The notes beneath the pieces are model-generated. The model was not told the DNA's origin, did not search any database, and worked only from the letters and a program-made list of their open reading frames with translations. From NCBI GenBank assembly GCA_965205525.1, contig OZ242171.1, positions 518,289 to 582,288 of the forward strand: DNA of 64,000 nucleotides. The letters run 5' to 3'. Of the stretch, positions 32,274 to 43,086 are shown one piece after another; the first letter of the stretch is position 1, and every line of letters starts with the position of its first letter. Source of the stretch: Gammaproteobacteria bacterium. Its GTDB lineage: Bacteria > Pseudomonadota > Gammaproteobacteria > JABABF01. Both the position numbers and the translations under genes were made by a program.

Positions 32274-34703
32274 ATGAAAAGCACTTCGGCAAAGCGTATC
32301 CCGGTGCTGCCCTTGCGTGATGCAGTGGTCTTTCCCGGCATGGTAATGCCTCTATTGGTAGGGCGGCCGCGCTCGGTGGCTGCGCTGCATGCGGCGATGC
32401 AGGGCGACACGCAGATTTTTCTGGTCACCCAGCACAGCCCCTCTATAGAGGATCCGGGACAAGACGATCTTTATCAGGTCGGCGTGCTCGCCGACATACC
32501 CCAGCTGGTGCAGGTGCGCGAAGGTGTGTACAAGGTGCTGGTGGAGGCCCGCAGCCGCGCTTCCATGCAGTGCTATGAACACGGCGAGGAGCATGCCTGG
32601 TGCACCACAGAACAGCATGCGCCGAGCCCGGCCAGTGACGAGAAAGGGCGGGATCTGTCCCGCGCCATCCTGGCCGGTTTTGAGCATTTTGCCAATCTCA
32701 GCAGCAAAGTGCCGGCGGACGCCTACGCAGCGGTCAGCGGCATTGATGAACCGGGTGCGTTGGCGGACCGCGTGGCGGGGCACATGCCGTTCTCCATCAG
32801 TATCCAGCAGGAGCTCTTGGAGGAGCAGGACACCCTCACCCGCTTGCAGCGTCTCGGCAAGCATATTGAGCAGGAAATTGGCGCTTTACAGGTGGACAAG
32901 AAGCTGCGCAAGCGAGTGCGCAAGCAGATGGAAAAATCTCAGCGCGAGTACTACCTGAACGAGCAGATGAAGGCGATCCAGGAGGAGCTCGGCGAAATTG
33001 AAGGCGGTGCCAGCGAAGTGGAGCAGCTGGAGAAACGCTTGTACAAAAGCGGTATGCCCGCCACCGCTCTGCAGAAGGCGAAGTCGGAGCTGAGCAAGTT
33101 CAAGCTGATGTCCCCCATGTCCGCCGAGGCCTCGGTTTTGCGCAGCTACTTGGACTGGCTGGCCAGCCTGCCCTGGAAAAAGCGCACCCGTCTGCGGCAG
33201 GACATCGCCTATGCGCGCCGGGTTCTGGACGAAGATCACTACGGCCTGGAGGAAGTGAAAACCCGTATCCTGGAATACTTGGCGGTGCAAAAGCGCGTGC
33301 GCCGGGTGCGTGGGCCCATCTTGTGCCTAGTGGGTCCGCCTGGGGTGGGCAAGACCTCCTTAGGCCGCTCCATCGCCCGCGCCACAGGGCGGAAATTTGT
33401 GCGTCTGTCCCTCGGCGGAGTCCGGGACGAAGCGGAGATACGCGGGCATCGGCGCACCTACATCGGCTCTCTGCCAGGCAAGATTGTCCAGAAGATGTCC
33501 TCTGCCGGAACCATCAACCCCCTGTTCCTGCTAGACGAGGTAGACAAGATGGGCATGGACTACCGGGGCGACCCTGCCTCGGCCCTCTTAGAGGTGCTGG
33601 ACCCGGAGCAGAATTGCGCCTTTAACGACCATTATTTGGAGGTGGACTACAACCTTTCAGAGGTGGTGTTCGTCTGCACTGCCAACGCCTTGGATATCCC
33701 GCCGCCGCTCTTAGACCGCATGGAGGTGGTGCGCCTGCCGGGCTACACCGAAGACGAGAAGATGGAGATTGCCAAGAATTTCCTGCTGCCCAAGCAGCTA
33801 GAGCACAACGGCCTGAAAAAAACTGAAATTAAGTTTCAGCAGCAGACCCTGCTGGATCTGATCTGCTATTACACCCGGGAGGCTGGCGTGCGCGGCCTGG
33901 AGAGGGAGATTGCAAAGATCTGCCGCAAGGTCGTGCTGAAGCTGTCGGAAGCCGAAAAGGGCCAGGGAAAATCCGCGGACAAGAAGAAGCCATTGGTGGT
34001 GACGCCAAAGCGTCTGGAAGAATACTGCGGTGTGCGCCGCTACTCCTACGGGCAGGGGGATACGAAGAACCGCGTCGGGCAGGTGCACGGGCTCGCCTGG
34101 ACCAATACCGGCGGCGATCTGCTTACCATTGAGGCAACGGTGGTGCCGGGCAAGGCGCGCCAGGTGCTGACCGGCTCCCTCGGCGATGTGATGAAAGAGT
34201 CCATACAGGCGGCAATGACCGTGGTGCGCAGTCGGGCTGATGTGCTGGGCATTCCCGCTAATTTCTTGGAAAAGCGGGATGTGCACGTCCATGTGCCGGA
34301 GGGGGCTATGCCCAAGGATGGTCCGAGCGCAGGCATTTGCATGTGCACGGCTCTTATCTCCGCCCTGACCGATATTCCAGTGCGAAGCGATGTGGCGATG
34401 ACCGGCGAAATTACCCTGCAGGGCCGTGTCCTCCCAGTGGGCGGACTGAAAGAAAAATTGTTAGCCGCCCGGCGAGCCAATATCAAGCATGTCTTGGTGC
34501 CGGAAGAAAATATGAGGAATATCAAGGAGATCAATGAGAAAATACTGAAAGATCTGGACATCAAGTACGTATCTTGGATAGATCAGGTAGTGGATATCGC
34601 GCTGGAGCGGCAGCCTGGCCCTCTGTCCGAGAAGGACGGGGCAGAGGAGCTGGCCCCCAAGGGCCGGAGACGGGAGGGCTCCCGCACAACCCGCACCCAC
34701 TGA
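32274..34703 (+). CDS. lon: Lon protease
   Basis: N-terminus [19 protein letters not shown]+ Walker [10 protein letters not shown], catalytic PKDGPSAG serine motif; start at MKSTS (the listed ORF extension back to 32145 is rejected). Confidence 0.95.
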   Translation: MKSTSAKRIPVLPLRDAVVFPGMVMPLLVGRPRSVAALHAAMQGDTQIFLVTQHSPSIEDPGQDDLYQVGVLADIPQLVQVREGVYKVLVEARSRASMQCYEHGEEHAWCTTEQHAPSPASDEKGRDLSRAILAGFEHFANLSSKVPADAYAAVSGIDEPGALADRVAGHMPFSISIQQELLEEQDTLTRLQRLGKHIEQEIGALQVDKKLRKRVRKQMEKSQREYYLNEQMKAIQEELGEIEGGASEVEQLEKRLYKSGMPATALQKAKSELSKFKLMSPMSAEASVLRSYLDWLASLPWKKRTRLRQDIAYARRVLDEDHYGLEEVKTRILEYLAVQKRVRRVRGPILCLVGPPGVGKTSLGRSIARATGRKFVRLSLGGVRDEAEIRGHRRTYIGSLPGKIVQKMSSAGTINPLFLLDEVDKMGMDYRGDPASALLEVLDPEQNCAFNDHYLEVDYNLSEVVFVCTANALDIPPPLLDRMEVVRLPGYTEDEKMEIAKNFLLPKQLEHNGLKKTEIKFQQQTLLDLICYYTREAGVRGLEREIAKICRKVVLKLSEAEKGQGKSADKKKPLVVTPKRLEEYCGVRRYSYGQGDTKNRVGQVHGLAWTNTGGDLLTIEATVVPGKARQVLTGSLGDVMKESIQAAMTVVRSRADVLGIPANFLEKRDVHVHVPEGAMPKDGPSAGICMCTALISALTDIPVRSDVAMTGEITLQGRVLPVGGLKEKLLAARRANIKHVLVPEENMRNIKEINEKILKDLDIKYVSWIDQVVDIALERQPGPLSEKDGAEELAPKGRRREGSRTTRTH

Positions 34704-34872
34704 GCAATATGCCGGATGCGGTCTCCCCCAGTGTAATTTAAATCAATGTCCCCAAACTGGACAAGTGGTTTGCAGGACACCGCAAAAGTTTTGGATTTGA
34801 TTTGATGTCAATGGGGCAGGGCTTTCAGGCTGCTTGACTTTCCACCCCCTTTGGGGGCAGAATTAGCCTAGA

Positions 34873-34899
34873 GCATGCCTTTCGGGCATGCCCGTTTTT
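34873..34899 (+). terminator. putative intrinsic terminator downstream of lon
   Basis: Perfect 7-bp stem GCATGCC/GGCATGC with loop TTTCG, followed by CCGTTTTTA. Confidence 0.4.
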
Positions 34900-34935
34900 A
34901 CAAGAACGCTTGAGTGGCCCTTTGGGGAGGTAAAT

Positions 34936-35211
34936 ATGAATAAATCCAGCTTGGTTTCAAAAGTGGCGGAAAGTGCTGGCCTTAGCGAGGCTGCGGCTAG
35001 TGCCGCCGTGGAGGGGACCATCAATGCCATCATTGGTGCCCTCAGCAGCGGTGATTCCGTGACCATTGTCGGCTTCGGCTCTTTCTCCATAAAATCTCGG
35101 GCTGCCCGTATGGGTCGCAATCCGCGCACCGGGGAAGCGCTCCACATTGCGGCGAGCAAGTCCCCGGGATTCAAGCCTAGCAGTGCCTTCAAGGAAGCTA
35201 TCAACCGCTGA
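34936..35211 (+). CDS. hupB: DNA-binding protein HU
   Basis: MNKSSLVSKVAE... 91 aa, GFGSF and RNPRTGE arm motifs; lon-hupB-ppiD synteny. Confidence 0.93.
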   Translation: MNKSSLVSKVAESAGLSEAAASAAVEGTINAIIGALSSGDSVTIVGFGSFSIKSRAARMGRNPRTGEALHIAASKSPGFKPSSAFKEAINR

Positions 35212-35227
35212 ACACATGGAAGGAGAG

Positions 35228-35285
35228 GTGCGCTTTCAGGCGCAGTCTATCGGCCTGAAAGTGCTCTTATCCTATCTTTTTCTGT
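35228..35285 (+). terminator. putative intrinsic terminator downstream of hupB
   Basis: Inverted repeat GCGCTTTCAGGC...GCCTGAAAGTGC (9-12 bp stem) followed by T-rich tract CTTATCCTATCTTTTTCTGTT. Confidence 0.5.
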
Positions 35286-35355
35286 TCGTTGCGCCCGGTT
35301 TTCTGAGTCGTGGGAAACCGCTTGGGGCTGCATGGCCCGGAAACGTGTATAAATA

Positions 35356-37329
35356 ATGCTGCAGCGTATTCGGGGAGGGGTCCGGGGCAAGGGCGCCTAT
35401 GTCATCCTCGCTTTCTTGGCTTTGCCATTGGCAATCCTTGGTTTTGACTGGATTCGTCCCAATACTGGAGGGACTATCGCCGAGGTCAATGGAGAGGAAA
35501 TAGGGAGCCGGGAGTTCAACCAGCAGGTTGCCGTGGAGCGGCAGCAGCTCCTTGCCGAGATGCAGGCTGGTGGGGCTGGTTCGGAAATCAGTGATCAGCA
35601 GCTGGCGAACCGCACCCTGCGCAGACTGGTTTTTCAGCAGATACTGCTGCAGAAAGTTAAGAATACGGGGCTCCGAATATCTTTAGAGTCCATAGATCGC
35701 GAAATTCTGTCAGAGGACACATTTTATGAAGATGGATTTTTCTCTCCCCAGATCTACCAGGCGGCCTTGCGGCAAGGCGGCTACACCCCCGGTTACTACA
35801 AGGACACTGTGCGCAAAGAATTGCTGATTGGACAGTTGCTGAGCCCCTTGCAGAACGCGGAGTTTATATTGCCCAACGAACTGGACCGGATGCTCCGTAT
35901 CTTTGACCAGGAGCGCGACATAGAGTACCTCACGACATCGGTTGATGACTGGCTGGATCCGGTGCCGATAGGCGACGAGGATGTGCAGGAATACTATGAT
36001 GACAGGCCCGGGTTATTTCTGACCAAGATACGGGGGTATGTCGGCTATTTGTTCTTAGAGCGCAAAGAGTTTTACGAAGATGTCCCGGAAGAGGAATTGC
36101 GTGCCTACTATGAAGAGGAGATTTTGGCCCTGTCCGAGCAGCGCTATGTTGCCCATATCCTCTTGGAAAACGGACCTCGGCGCAACGATGAGCAGGCGCA
36201 GTCCGAGCTGCTGGATTTAAAGCGCCAGCTGGATGAAGGTGCTGATTTTAAAGAGCTTGCCCGGCGTTATTCGGATGATATCGGCTCGGCCGCTGCCGGG
36301 GGCGATTTGGGCATTAGCGATGGAGAAAGTTTCCCCGATGCCTTTGAGCAGGCACTTTTTGCCTTGGCCCCAGGAGAGGTTTCTGAGCCTGTGCAGACAG
36401 AGGCCGGCTGGCACTTGCTCCGCCGTTTAGAGGTGCCGCTGCCACCCTACGAACAGCGTCGGGATGCCATCTTGGAGGCGGTGCGGGGTATCCTGAGTGA
36501 GCCACCCTATCAGGCCCTCTTGGAAGAGGTCTCCGGAATGCTTACGCCGCAGTTTGCACTATACAGCGACTTCGCCAAGCCGCGCGGCTATAGATTTTAT
36601 AATCGCAGGTTTATTCTTGAAGAAGCAGAGGAAGTGCTTGCGCGGCCGCAAGTCATGGAGGTGCTTAACAGATATGCGGATGAAATGTTGGAGCAAATAG
36701 AAGAAAGCGAGGAACAGGAGGAGAGAAGATTACGGAATCAGCTGCGAAGAGACGAAGAAAGTCTTGCTATTGACCGCGAGGAAGCTTTCCCCATAGGTGC
36801 CAGTGAACTGATCCGACTAGATGAGGATACAGCCCTGGTTATTCGCATATTTTCGTTGCATCCGCCGCGCGGAAAAACAATGGAAGAAGCCCGCGAAGAA
36901 ATTGTAGATATTTTTCACCAGCGGGATGCAAAAACGCGGGCTGAGGAGCATATGCGGCAATTGGTTGAAGAAGTTCGCCAGGGCGGCGAGCACTCCCTGG
37001 AGGAAGCTGCCCTTGCGGAGGAATATCAGCACCATGTCGTGCCTCGCCTGCAGCGCCGAAATACAGACGAGAATATCCCGGGCAGGATTCTGAACCGTGC
37101 CTTTCACATGCCGCTTCCGGAGCCCGGGCGGCCCTCGATCAGCATGCTGACGCTGCCGGAAGATCGCTATGCCGTGATACAAGTGAAAGAGGTGCGCAAT
37201 AACGAGGAGGAAGAATACGGCGCCGTGCGCCGTGCCTTAGCGGAGGAAATGAGTGATGAGAACGGCAGAATTCTCGCCAACCTTTATCAGTATTCCCTGA
37301 ACGTCACGGCCGAAGTTGAAGTGAACTGA
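35356..37329 (+). CDS. ppiD: periplasmic chaperone / peptidyl-prolyl isomerase PpiD
   Basis: 657 aa, N-terminal TM anchor, parvulin-like domain (LDLKRQLDEGADFKELARRYSDD); synteny after hupB. Confidence 0.85.
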   Translation: MLQRIRGGVRGKGAYVILAFLALPLAILGFDWIRPNTGGTIAEVNGEEIGSREFNQQVAVERQQLLAEMQAGGAGSEISDQQLANRTLRRLVFQQILLQKVKNTGLRISLESIDREILSEDTFYEDGFFSPQIYQAALRQGGYTPGYYKDTVRKELLIGQLLSPLQNAEFILPNELDRMLRIFDQERDIEYLTTSVDDWLDPVPIGDEDVQEYYDDRPGLFLTKIRGYVGYLFLERKEFYEDVPEEELRAYYEEEILALSEQRYVAHILLENGPRRNDEQAQSELLDLKRQLDEGADFKELARRYSDDIGSAAAGGDLGISDGESFPDAFEQALFALAPGEVSEPVQTEAGWHLLRRLEVPLPPYEQRRDAILEAVRGILSEPPYQALLEEVSGMLTPQFALYSDFAKPRGYRFYNRRFILEEAEEVLARPQVMEVLNRYADEMLEQIEESEEQEERRLRNQLRRDEESLAIDREEAFPIGASELIRLDEDTALVIRIFSLHPPRGKTMEEAREEIVDIFHQRDAKTRAEEHMRQLVEEVRQGGEHSLEEAALAEEYQHHVVPRLQRRNTDENIPGRILNRAFHMPLPEPGRPSISMLTLPEDRYAVIQVKEVRNNEEEEYGAVRRALAEEMSDENGRILANLYQYSLNVTAEVEVN

Positions 37330-37333
37330 GCGA

Positions 37334-38530
37334 TTGCAGCGTATGCGCAGCGTTCTGACTTTAAACAAAATTTCCCCGCGCGGCTTGGCGGTGCTGGAGA
37401 ATCGCGGCTTTCATGCGGGGGATGACTGTCCACAGCCGGAGGGCATTCTGCTGCGCAGTCACGCCCTGTCTGCGGCGGCCATCCCCGACTCGGTAGCGGC
37501 CATTGCCCGCGCCGGGGCCGGAGTCAATAATATTCCAGTGGATACCTGCACGGCCCGGGGCATCCCGGTGTTCAATGCGCCCGGCGCCAATGCCAATGCG
37601 GTGAAGGAGCTGGTGCTGGCAGGGCTTCTGCTTTCCTCCCGGGGGATTCTGCAGGGTATTCGCTATGTGAACAGCCTCTCCTCGGTCACGGACGAGGAAA
37701 CCCTTAACCGGCAGATGGAGGCAGAGAAAAAGCGTTTTAAAGGAGTGGACCTTGCCGGCCGTGTGCTGGGGGTCATCGGTCTCGGCGCCATCGGCGCCCG
37801 GGTGGCCGATATTGCACTGAAGCTGGGGATGCGCGTTCTCGGCTACGACCCGGCCCTGTCCGTGGATGCCGCCTGGCGTCTGCCCCGGGAGGTGGAGCGC
37901 AGGGAGATCTTGCAGCACATGGTGCGCGATGCCGATTATCTCAGCCTCCATATCCCAGCTTTAGACAGCACCCGGGCCCTGGTGAATCAGGAGTTCCTCT
38001 CTGCCTGCAAGCCGGGCGCACGCCTGCTTAATTTTTCTCGTCAGGAAGTGGTGGACGAAGAGAGTGTGATTGCGGCCTTGGAAAGCGGTGCTCTGTCCTG
38101 CTATGTGACAGATTTTCCGCATCCGAGCCTGATGGGTCGCGAAGACATAATTCTGATGCCCCACATCGGTGCCAGCACCGCCGAGGCCGAGGAAAACTGT
38201 GCGGTCATGGCTGCCGAGGTGCTGTGCGATTTCCTGGCCACGGGCAATATCAGCAATGCGGTCAACTACCCGGCCATCACGCTGGAAAGGCGTGGCCGCT
38301 ATCGCCTGACTGTCAGCAACCGCAATGTGCCGAAGAAACTTAACGCGATTCTCTCGGTGCTGGCCGATGCCGAGATCAACGTAGTGGATATGCTCAACCG
38401 CAGCCGCGATGACATCGCCTACAGCCTGATTGATTTGGACGAAGTGCCCGATGAGCTGCTGCTGGTGAATATACAGGCCCTGGAGGGTGTGATCCGAGTG
38501 CGGGCAATCCCCGCCGAAGACAGCCTGTGA
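37334..38530 (+). CDS. serA: D-3-phosphoglycerate dehydrogenase-type 2-hydroxyacid dehydrogenase with C-terminal ACT domain
   Basis: NAD-binding GVIGLGAIGARVA, catalytic His/Glu region, about 398 aa with a regulatory C-domain. Confidence 0.75.
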   Translation: MQRMRSVLTLNKISPRGLAVLENRGFHAGDDCPQPEGILLRSHALSAAAIPDSVAAIARAGAGVNNIPVDTCTARGIPVFNAPGANANAVKELVLAGLLLSSRGILQGIRYVNSLSSVTDEETLNRQMEAEKKRFKGVDLAGRVLGVIGLGAIGARVADIALKLGMRVLGYDPALSVDAAWRLPREVERREILQHMVRDADYLSLHIPALDSTRALVNQEFLSACKPGARLLNFSRQEVVDEESVIAALESGALSCYVTDFPHPSLMGREDIILMPHIGASTAEAEENCAVMAAEVLCDFLATGNISNAVNYPAITLERRGRYRLTVSNRNVPKKLNAILSVLADAEINVVDMLNRSRDDIAYSLIDLDEVPDELLLVNIQALEGVIRVRAIPAEDSL

Positions 38531-39063
38531 CAGATTTTTCCGAGGCGGCGCTGCAGGCCGCCGCCCGTCGCCGTCCGCCGCTGGAGCGCTGGCACCCCCC
38601 TTTCAGCGGTGACATTGACATCTGCATAGCCCGGGACGGGCAGTGGTTCCACGAGGGCCGCCCCATTCTCAGGCACCCTCTGGTGCGGCTTTTTGCCAGC
38701 ATCCTGCGGCGCGAAGAAGACGGTGCCTACTATCTGGTCACGCCGGTGGAAAAATGGCGCATCCGGGTGGAGGATATGCCCCTGCGGGCCACCGATATGG
38801 AGCGGGGCGGGGACGGGCGCCTGCTGTTCACCCTGGACGACGGCGAGCAGGTCATCGCCAACGATGCCCATCCTGTCCGGGTGGAGATCACAGAATCCGG
38901 CACCCCGGCGCCATCCATCCCGGTGCGTCACGGACTTGAGGCCCGCATCCTGCGCAGCGTGTTTTACCGCCTGGTGGATTTGGCGGAAGTGCAGCAGCTT
39001 CCCGGGGGCGAAGAGCTGGTGCTCTCTTCGGGGCGCAGCTGTTTTAATCTCGGCCGAGTGTAG
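38527..39063 (+). CDS. DUF1285-family protein
   Basis: 178 aa, ATGA-coupled to the serA-like gene; sequence pattern (WHPPFSGDIDICIARDGQWFHEGRPI...) recalled as DUF1285; function unknown. Confidence 0.5.
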   Translation: MTDFSEAALQAAARRRPPLERWHPPFSGDIDICIARDGQWFHEGRPILRHPLVRLFASILRREEDGAYYLVTPVEKWRIRVEDMPLRATDMERGGDGRLLFTLDDGEQVIANDAHPVRVEITESGTPAPSIPVRHGLEARILRSVFYRLVDLAEVQQLPGGEELVLSSGRSCFNLGRV

Positions 39064-39083
39064 GGGGCAGCGCCTGCGCCCCG

Positions 39084-40733
39084 CTACATATTCGGGTAGT
39101 TCGGCCCGCCGCCCCCTTCCGGCGGCACCCAGGTGATGTTGGCCGCCGGGTCCTTGATATCGCAGGTCTTGCAGTGGACGCAGTTCTGCGCATTGATCTG
39201 AAAGCGCTTTTCGCCGCTCTCTTCCTGCAGCACCTCGTAGACCCCCGCCGGGCAGTAGCGCTGGGCGGGCTCATCGTACAGGGGCAGGTTGCTGCTGATG
39301 GGCAGTGCTTCATCCTTCAGCAGCAGGTGGCAGGACTGGTTCTCCTCGTGGTTGGTATTGGACAGGAACACCGAGGACAGCCGGTCAAAACTGATCACGC
39401 CGTCCGCCCTCGGGTAATTCGGCCTGGGGCATTTAGCCGCCGGCTTCATCTGCTCATGATCCGCCTTGGAATCGCGCAGGGTCCAGGGCACACGGCCGCC
39501 GAGCAGGTTGAGGTCTAAGAAAGCGTAGGCAGAGCCCAGCAGGTTGCCCCAGCGGTGCTGGGCGGGGCCGAAGTTGCGCTGCATGTGAAGTTCCCGCCCG
39601 GCCCAGGATGCCCAAAACCGCTCGTCCTGTGCCGAGGTGTCACCCGGCCGGCCGGCCAGGATGGCCGCAAAAACCGTCTCCGCCGCCACCATGCCGGATT
39701 TCATCGCCGTGTGGCTGCCCTTGATCTTGGCGTAGTTCAGGGTGCCGGCATCGCAGCCGATAAGAAGCCCGCCGGGGAAGCTCATCTTCGGCAGGGACTG
39801 CGGCCCGCCCTTGGTGATGGCGCGGGCGCCGTAGGCCAGACGCTCGCCTCCCTCCAAGTGCTTCCGGATCACCGGGTGGCCCTTGAAGCGCTGGAATTCC
39901 TCATAGGGGTCCAGATGCGGGTTGGCGTAATTGAGATCGGTGATCAGGCCGAGGGAGATCTGCCCCTCCTCCGTGTGGTACAGAAAGCCGCCGCCGAGAG
40001 CGCCGTGCTCTCGCAGCGGCCAGCCGGTGGTATGCACTACCAGGCCGGGCTCATGCCGCCCGGGGGCAGCGCGCCAGATCTCCTTGATGCCGATGCCATA
40101 GTGCTGGGGGTCCCGGTCTTTGTCCAGGTGAAAACGCTGCATCAGCTCCTTGCCGAGATGTCCCCGGCAGCCCTCCGCAAACAGCGTGCAGCCCGCGCGG
40201 ATTTCCATGCCCAGGTTGAAGCCCGCCCGCTGTCCGCCGTCCGCTGCCGTCCCCATGTCGCCGGTGCGCACCCCGATAACCGCGCCGTCTTCCCCGTACA
40301 GCACCTCCTGCGCCGCAAAGCCGGGGAATATGTCTATGCCCAGCTCCTCGGCCCGAGCGGCCAGCCAGCGGCACAGGTTGCCGAGGCTGATGATGTAGTT
40401 GCCCCGGTTGTGCATAGTGCGGGGTGCCAGCAGCCCGGGCACTCGCAGGTGCCCGGTGGCGCTGGTCAGAAAACAGATCTGGTCCCGGCTCACCTGGGTC
40501 TGAAGCGGTGCCCCCTGCTCCTGCCAGTCGGGAAACAGCTCCTTCAGCGCCGAGGCTTCAAATACCGCACCGGAGAGGATGTGTGCGCCGACCTCGGAGC
40601 CCTTTTCCACCAGGCATATACTGATTTCCCGCGCCTGCTCTTTGGCCAGCTGGCCCAGTCGGCAGGCGGCGGACAGGCCGGCCGGTCCGCCGCCTACAAT
40701 CAGCACATCCACTTCCAAAGTTTCTCGTTCCAT
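39084..40733 (-). CDS. electron-transfer flavoprotein:ubiquinone oxidoreductase
   Basis: DVLIVGGGPAGLSAA FAD motif, C-terminal 4Fe-4S motif CVHCKTCDIK, 549 aa. Confidence 0.92.
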   Translation of the reverse strand: MERETLEVDVLIVGGGPAGLSAACRLGQLAKEQAREISICLVEKGSEVGAHILSGAVFEASALKELFPDWQEQGAPLQTQVSRDQICFLTSATGHLRVPGLLAPRTMHNRGNYIISLGNLCRWLAARAEELGIDIFPGFAAQEVLYGEDGAVIGVRTGDMGTAADGGQRAGFNLGMEIRAGCTLFAEGCRGHLGKELMQRFHLDKDRDPQHYGIGIKEIWRAAPGRHEPGLVVHTTGWPLREHGALGGGFLYHTEEGQISLGLITDLNYANPHLDPYEEFQRFKGHPVIRKHLEGGERLAYGARAITKGGPQSLPKMSFPGGLLIGCDAGTLNYAKIKGSHTAMKSGMVAAETVFAAILAGRPGDTSAQDERFWASWAGRELHMQRNFGPAQHRWGNLLGSAYAFLDLNLLGGRVPWTLRDSKADHEQMKPAAKCPRPNYPRADGVISFDRLSSVFLSNTNHEENQSCHLLLKDEALPISSNLPLYDEPAQRYCPAGVYEVLQEESGEKRFQINAQNCVHCKTCDIKDPAANITWVPPEGGGGPNYPNM

Positions 40734-40848
40734 CCTGCACTCTCTTCAAAGGGCAAAGGCAGCGTCAAATTATAGTCTGCAAGCAAAGAGGGCCGGGACA
40801 TGGTAGAATCGCATCTCTTTCTTTTATTCTTTTAGGCACTGCAACTGT

Positions 40849-42003
40849 ATGGCTTGGAACGAGCCCTCCGGAGATAAAAAACCGGATAAATCTTGGGGCA
40901 ATAGCCGCTCGGAGCCGGACTTGGAAGAGTTGCTGCGCAAGCTCTGGCAAACCGTTACGGGCGGCGGCGGTTCCGGCGACGGCGGCGGTTCCAGCGGAGG
41001 CGGCAGCTGGCCTAGGCTGTCGCGCAATGTCCTGCTTGTTTTTGTCCTCGTCGCCGTCACCCTGTGGGCCCTCTTGGGCCTGTACCAGCTGGACCAGCAG
41101 GAGCGTGCGGTTATCCTGCGTTTTGGCAAGTTCCACAGTGTGGTCAACCCTGGCCTGCGCTGGAACCCGCCCCTGATAGACAGGGTGTACCGCATCAATG
41201 TGACTAAGATTTACTCCGAGGCCTACGACGGCAAGATGCTCACCGAAGACGAGAACATCGTGGATGTTCACATCACGGTGCAGTATCAAATCTCGGTCCC
41301 AGAAGACTATGTCCTGCGGGTGCGCGATCCCATTAAGAGCCTGCGGAATGCCACGGAGAGCGCTCTTCGCCATGTTGTCGGCAGCTCCAGCATTGATCAG
41401 GTCATCACCTTTGGCCGTGAGCGGGTCGGTGCCGATGTCAAGACACGCCTGCAAGACTACCTGCACCTCTACGGCACTGGAATTGTCGTCTCCCAGGTAA
41501 ATACCAACGAGGCCAACCCGCCGCAGCAGGTGAAGGCGGCCTTTGACGATGTGAACAAAGCCTTGGAGGATGAGGCGCGCTACAAGAACGAAGCCGAGGC
41601 TTATGCCAACCAAGTGGTGCCCCAGGCTCGGGGCGATGCGCTGCGCGTCCTTGCAGAGGCGGAGGGCTACCGTCAGAAAGTCATCGCCCAGGCTCAAGGG
41701 GATGCAGACCGCTTCAACAAGCTTCTCTCGGAGTACCAGAAGGCCCCCGATGTAACCCGGGACCGCCTGTACCTGGATACCGTGGAGACCGTTTTCAGCA
41801 ATGTCTCCAAGGTCATGATTGATGTGGAGGACGGCGGCAACCTGATGTACTTGCCTTTGGACCGCCTGATGGCACAGGGGAGCGCGCCGCAGCTGGATGG
41901 CGCCGCATTGGATGCGGATGTGATGCAGGATCTGACCGAGCGGGTTATCCGGCGTTTAGAGCAGGGGCGCTCTTCCTCTCAGCGTCGGGATACGCGACGA
42001 TGA
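40849..42003 (+). CDS. hflK: FtsH protease modulator HflK
   Basis: Gly-rich N-terminus, TM segment, SPFH/band-7 domain; hflK-hflC pair. Confidence 0.9.
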   Translation: MAWNEPSGDKKPDKSWGNSRSEPDLEELLRKLWQTVTGGGGSGDGGGSSGGGSWPRLSRNVLLVFVLVAVTLWALLGLYQLDQQERAVILRFGKFHSVVNPGLRWNPPLIDRVYRINVTKIYSEAYDGKMLTEDENIVDVHITVQYQISVPEDYVLRVRDPIKSLRNATESALRHVVGSSSIDQVITFGRERVGADVKTRLQDYLHLYGTGIVVSQVNTNEANPPQQVKAAFDDVNKALEDEARYKNEAEAYANQVVPQARGDALRVLAEAEGYRQKVIAQAQGDADRFNKLLSEYQKAPDVTRDRLYLDTVETVFSNVSKVMIDVEDGGNLMYLPLDRLMAQGSAPQLDGAALDADVMQDLTERVIRRLEQGRSSSQRRDTRR

Positions 42004-42881
42004 GCCCGCGGTCAATGATCCTCTTGGCGGTCTTGGTTGCGGTCGTTATTGCCGCGTCCAACTCGCTGTTTATCGTCCGCGCCACGGAGCGCGCGGTCAT
42101 GCTGCGCTTCGGCGAGCTGGTGGTGGCGGATATCCCCCCGGGGCTGCACATCAAAGCGCCCCTGATGCATCAGGTGCGCAAGTTTGACGGCCGCCTGCGG
42201 ACCGTGGATTCGCGCCCGGAGCGATTTCTCACCCAGGAGAAGAAATTTCTCTCGGTGGATTCCTACGCAAAATGGCGCATCAGCAATGTCGCCCTCTTTT
42301 ACACCGCGACCAACGGCGAGGAGCGGCGCGCCCAGGAATTGCTGGCCCAGCGCATCAACAACGGCTTGCGCAACCAGTTCGGCGAGCGCACCATGCACGA
42401 AGTGGTATCCGGCGAGCGGGATTTGCTGATGACCGAACTGACCAAGCAGTTAGACACGGTTATCCGTGAAGACTTGGGCATAGAGGTGCTGGACATCCGG
42501 GTCAAGCGCATAGATCTGCCCACCGATGTCAGTGATTCCGTGTATGACCGAATGCGGGCCGAGCGCGAGCGCGAGGCGCGGGAGCACCGCTTCAAGGGCA
42601 AGGAACTGGCAGAGGGCATCCGTGCCGAGGCAGAGCGTGAGAGCACCGTGATCAGGGCCAATGCCTACCGGCGCTCTCAGGAGATACAGGGTGACGGCGA
42701 TGCGCAAGCGGCATCCATTTACGCCGCCGCCTACCGGCAGGATGCCGAGTTTTATACTTTCACGCGCAGTTTGAGTGCATACCGGGCATCTTTCAGCAAT
42801 CGTCTTGATCTCCTGCTGGTGGAGCCGAACAGCGATTTCTTCCGCTACCTGAAAGACGCGCGCGGCGGCATTCCTCGGTAA
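42000..42881 (+). CDS. hflC: FtsH protease modulator HflC
   Basis: ATGA overlap with hflK, SPFH domain, 293 aa. Confidence 0.9.
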   Translation: MSPRSMILLAVLVAVVIAASNSLFIVRATERAVMLRFGELVVADIPPGLHIKAPLMHQVRKFDGRLRTVDSRPERFLTQEKKFLSVDSYAKWRISNVALFYTATNGEERRAQELLAQRINNGLRNQFGERTMHEVVSGERDLLMTELTKQLDTVIREDLGIEVLDIRVKRIDLPTDVSDSVYDRMRAEREREAREHRFKGKELAEGIRAEAERESTVIRANAYRRSQEIQGDGDAQAASIYAAAYRQDAEFYTFTRSLSAYRASFSNRLDLLLVEPNSDFFRYLKDARGGIPR

Positions 42882-42891
42882 TCCCGAGGCC

Positions 42892-43086
42892 ATGATTGAA
42901 TGGCAGGACCTGTTCATCGCTGTGGCTCTGCTGCTGGTGCTTGAGGGACTGCTGCCAGCCCTTTCCCCCGAACGATGGCGGCGTCTCGCCGAATGGGCCG
43001 CCAGCCAGCCTCCCCGCATGCTGAGACGCTTGGGGCTGCTGAGCATGGCGATGGGGGCGGCACTTCTCTTCTGGCTGCGCGGGTGA
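42892..43086 (+). CDS. DUF2065 small membrane protein (YjeT-like)
   Basis: 64 aa, 2 TM segments, conserved position immediately after hflC as in E. coli yjeT. Confidence 0.65.
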   Translation: MIEWQDLFIAVALLLVLEGLLPALSPERWRRLAEWAASQPPRMLRRLGLLSMAMGAALLFWLRG

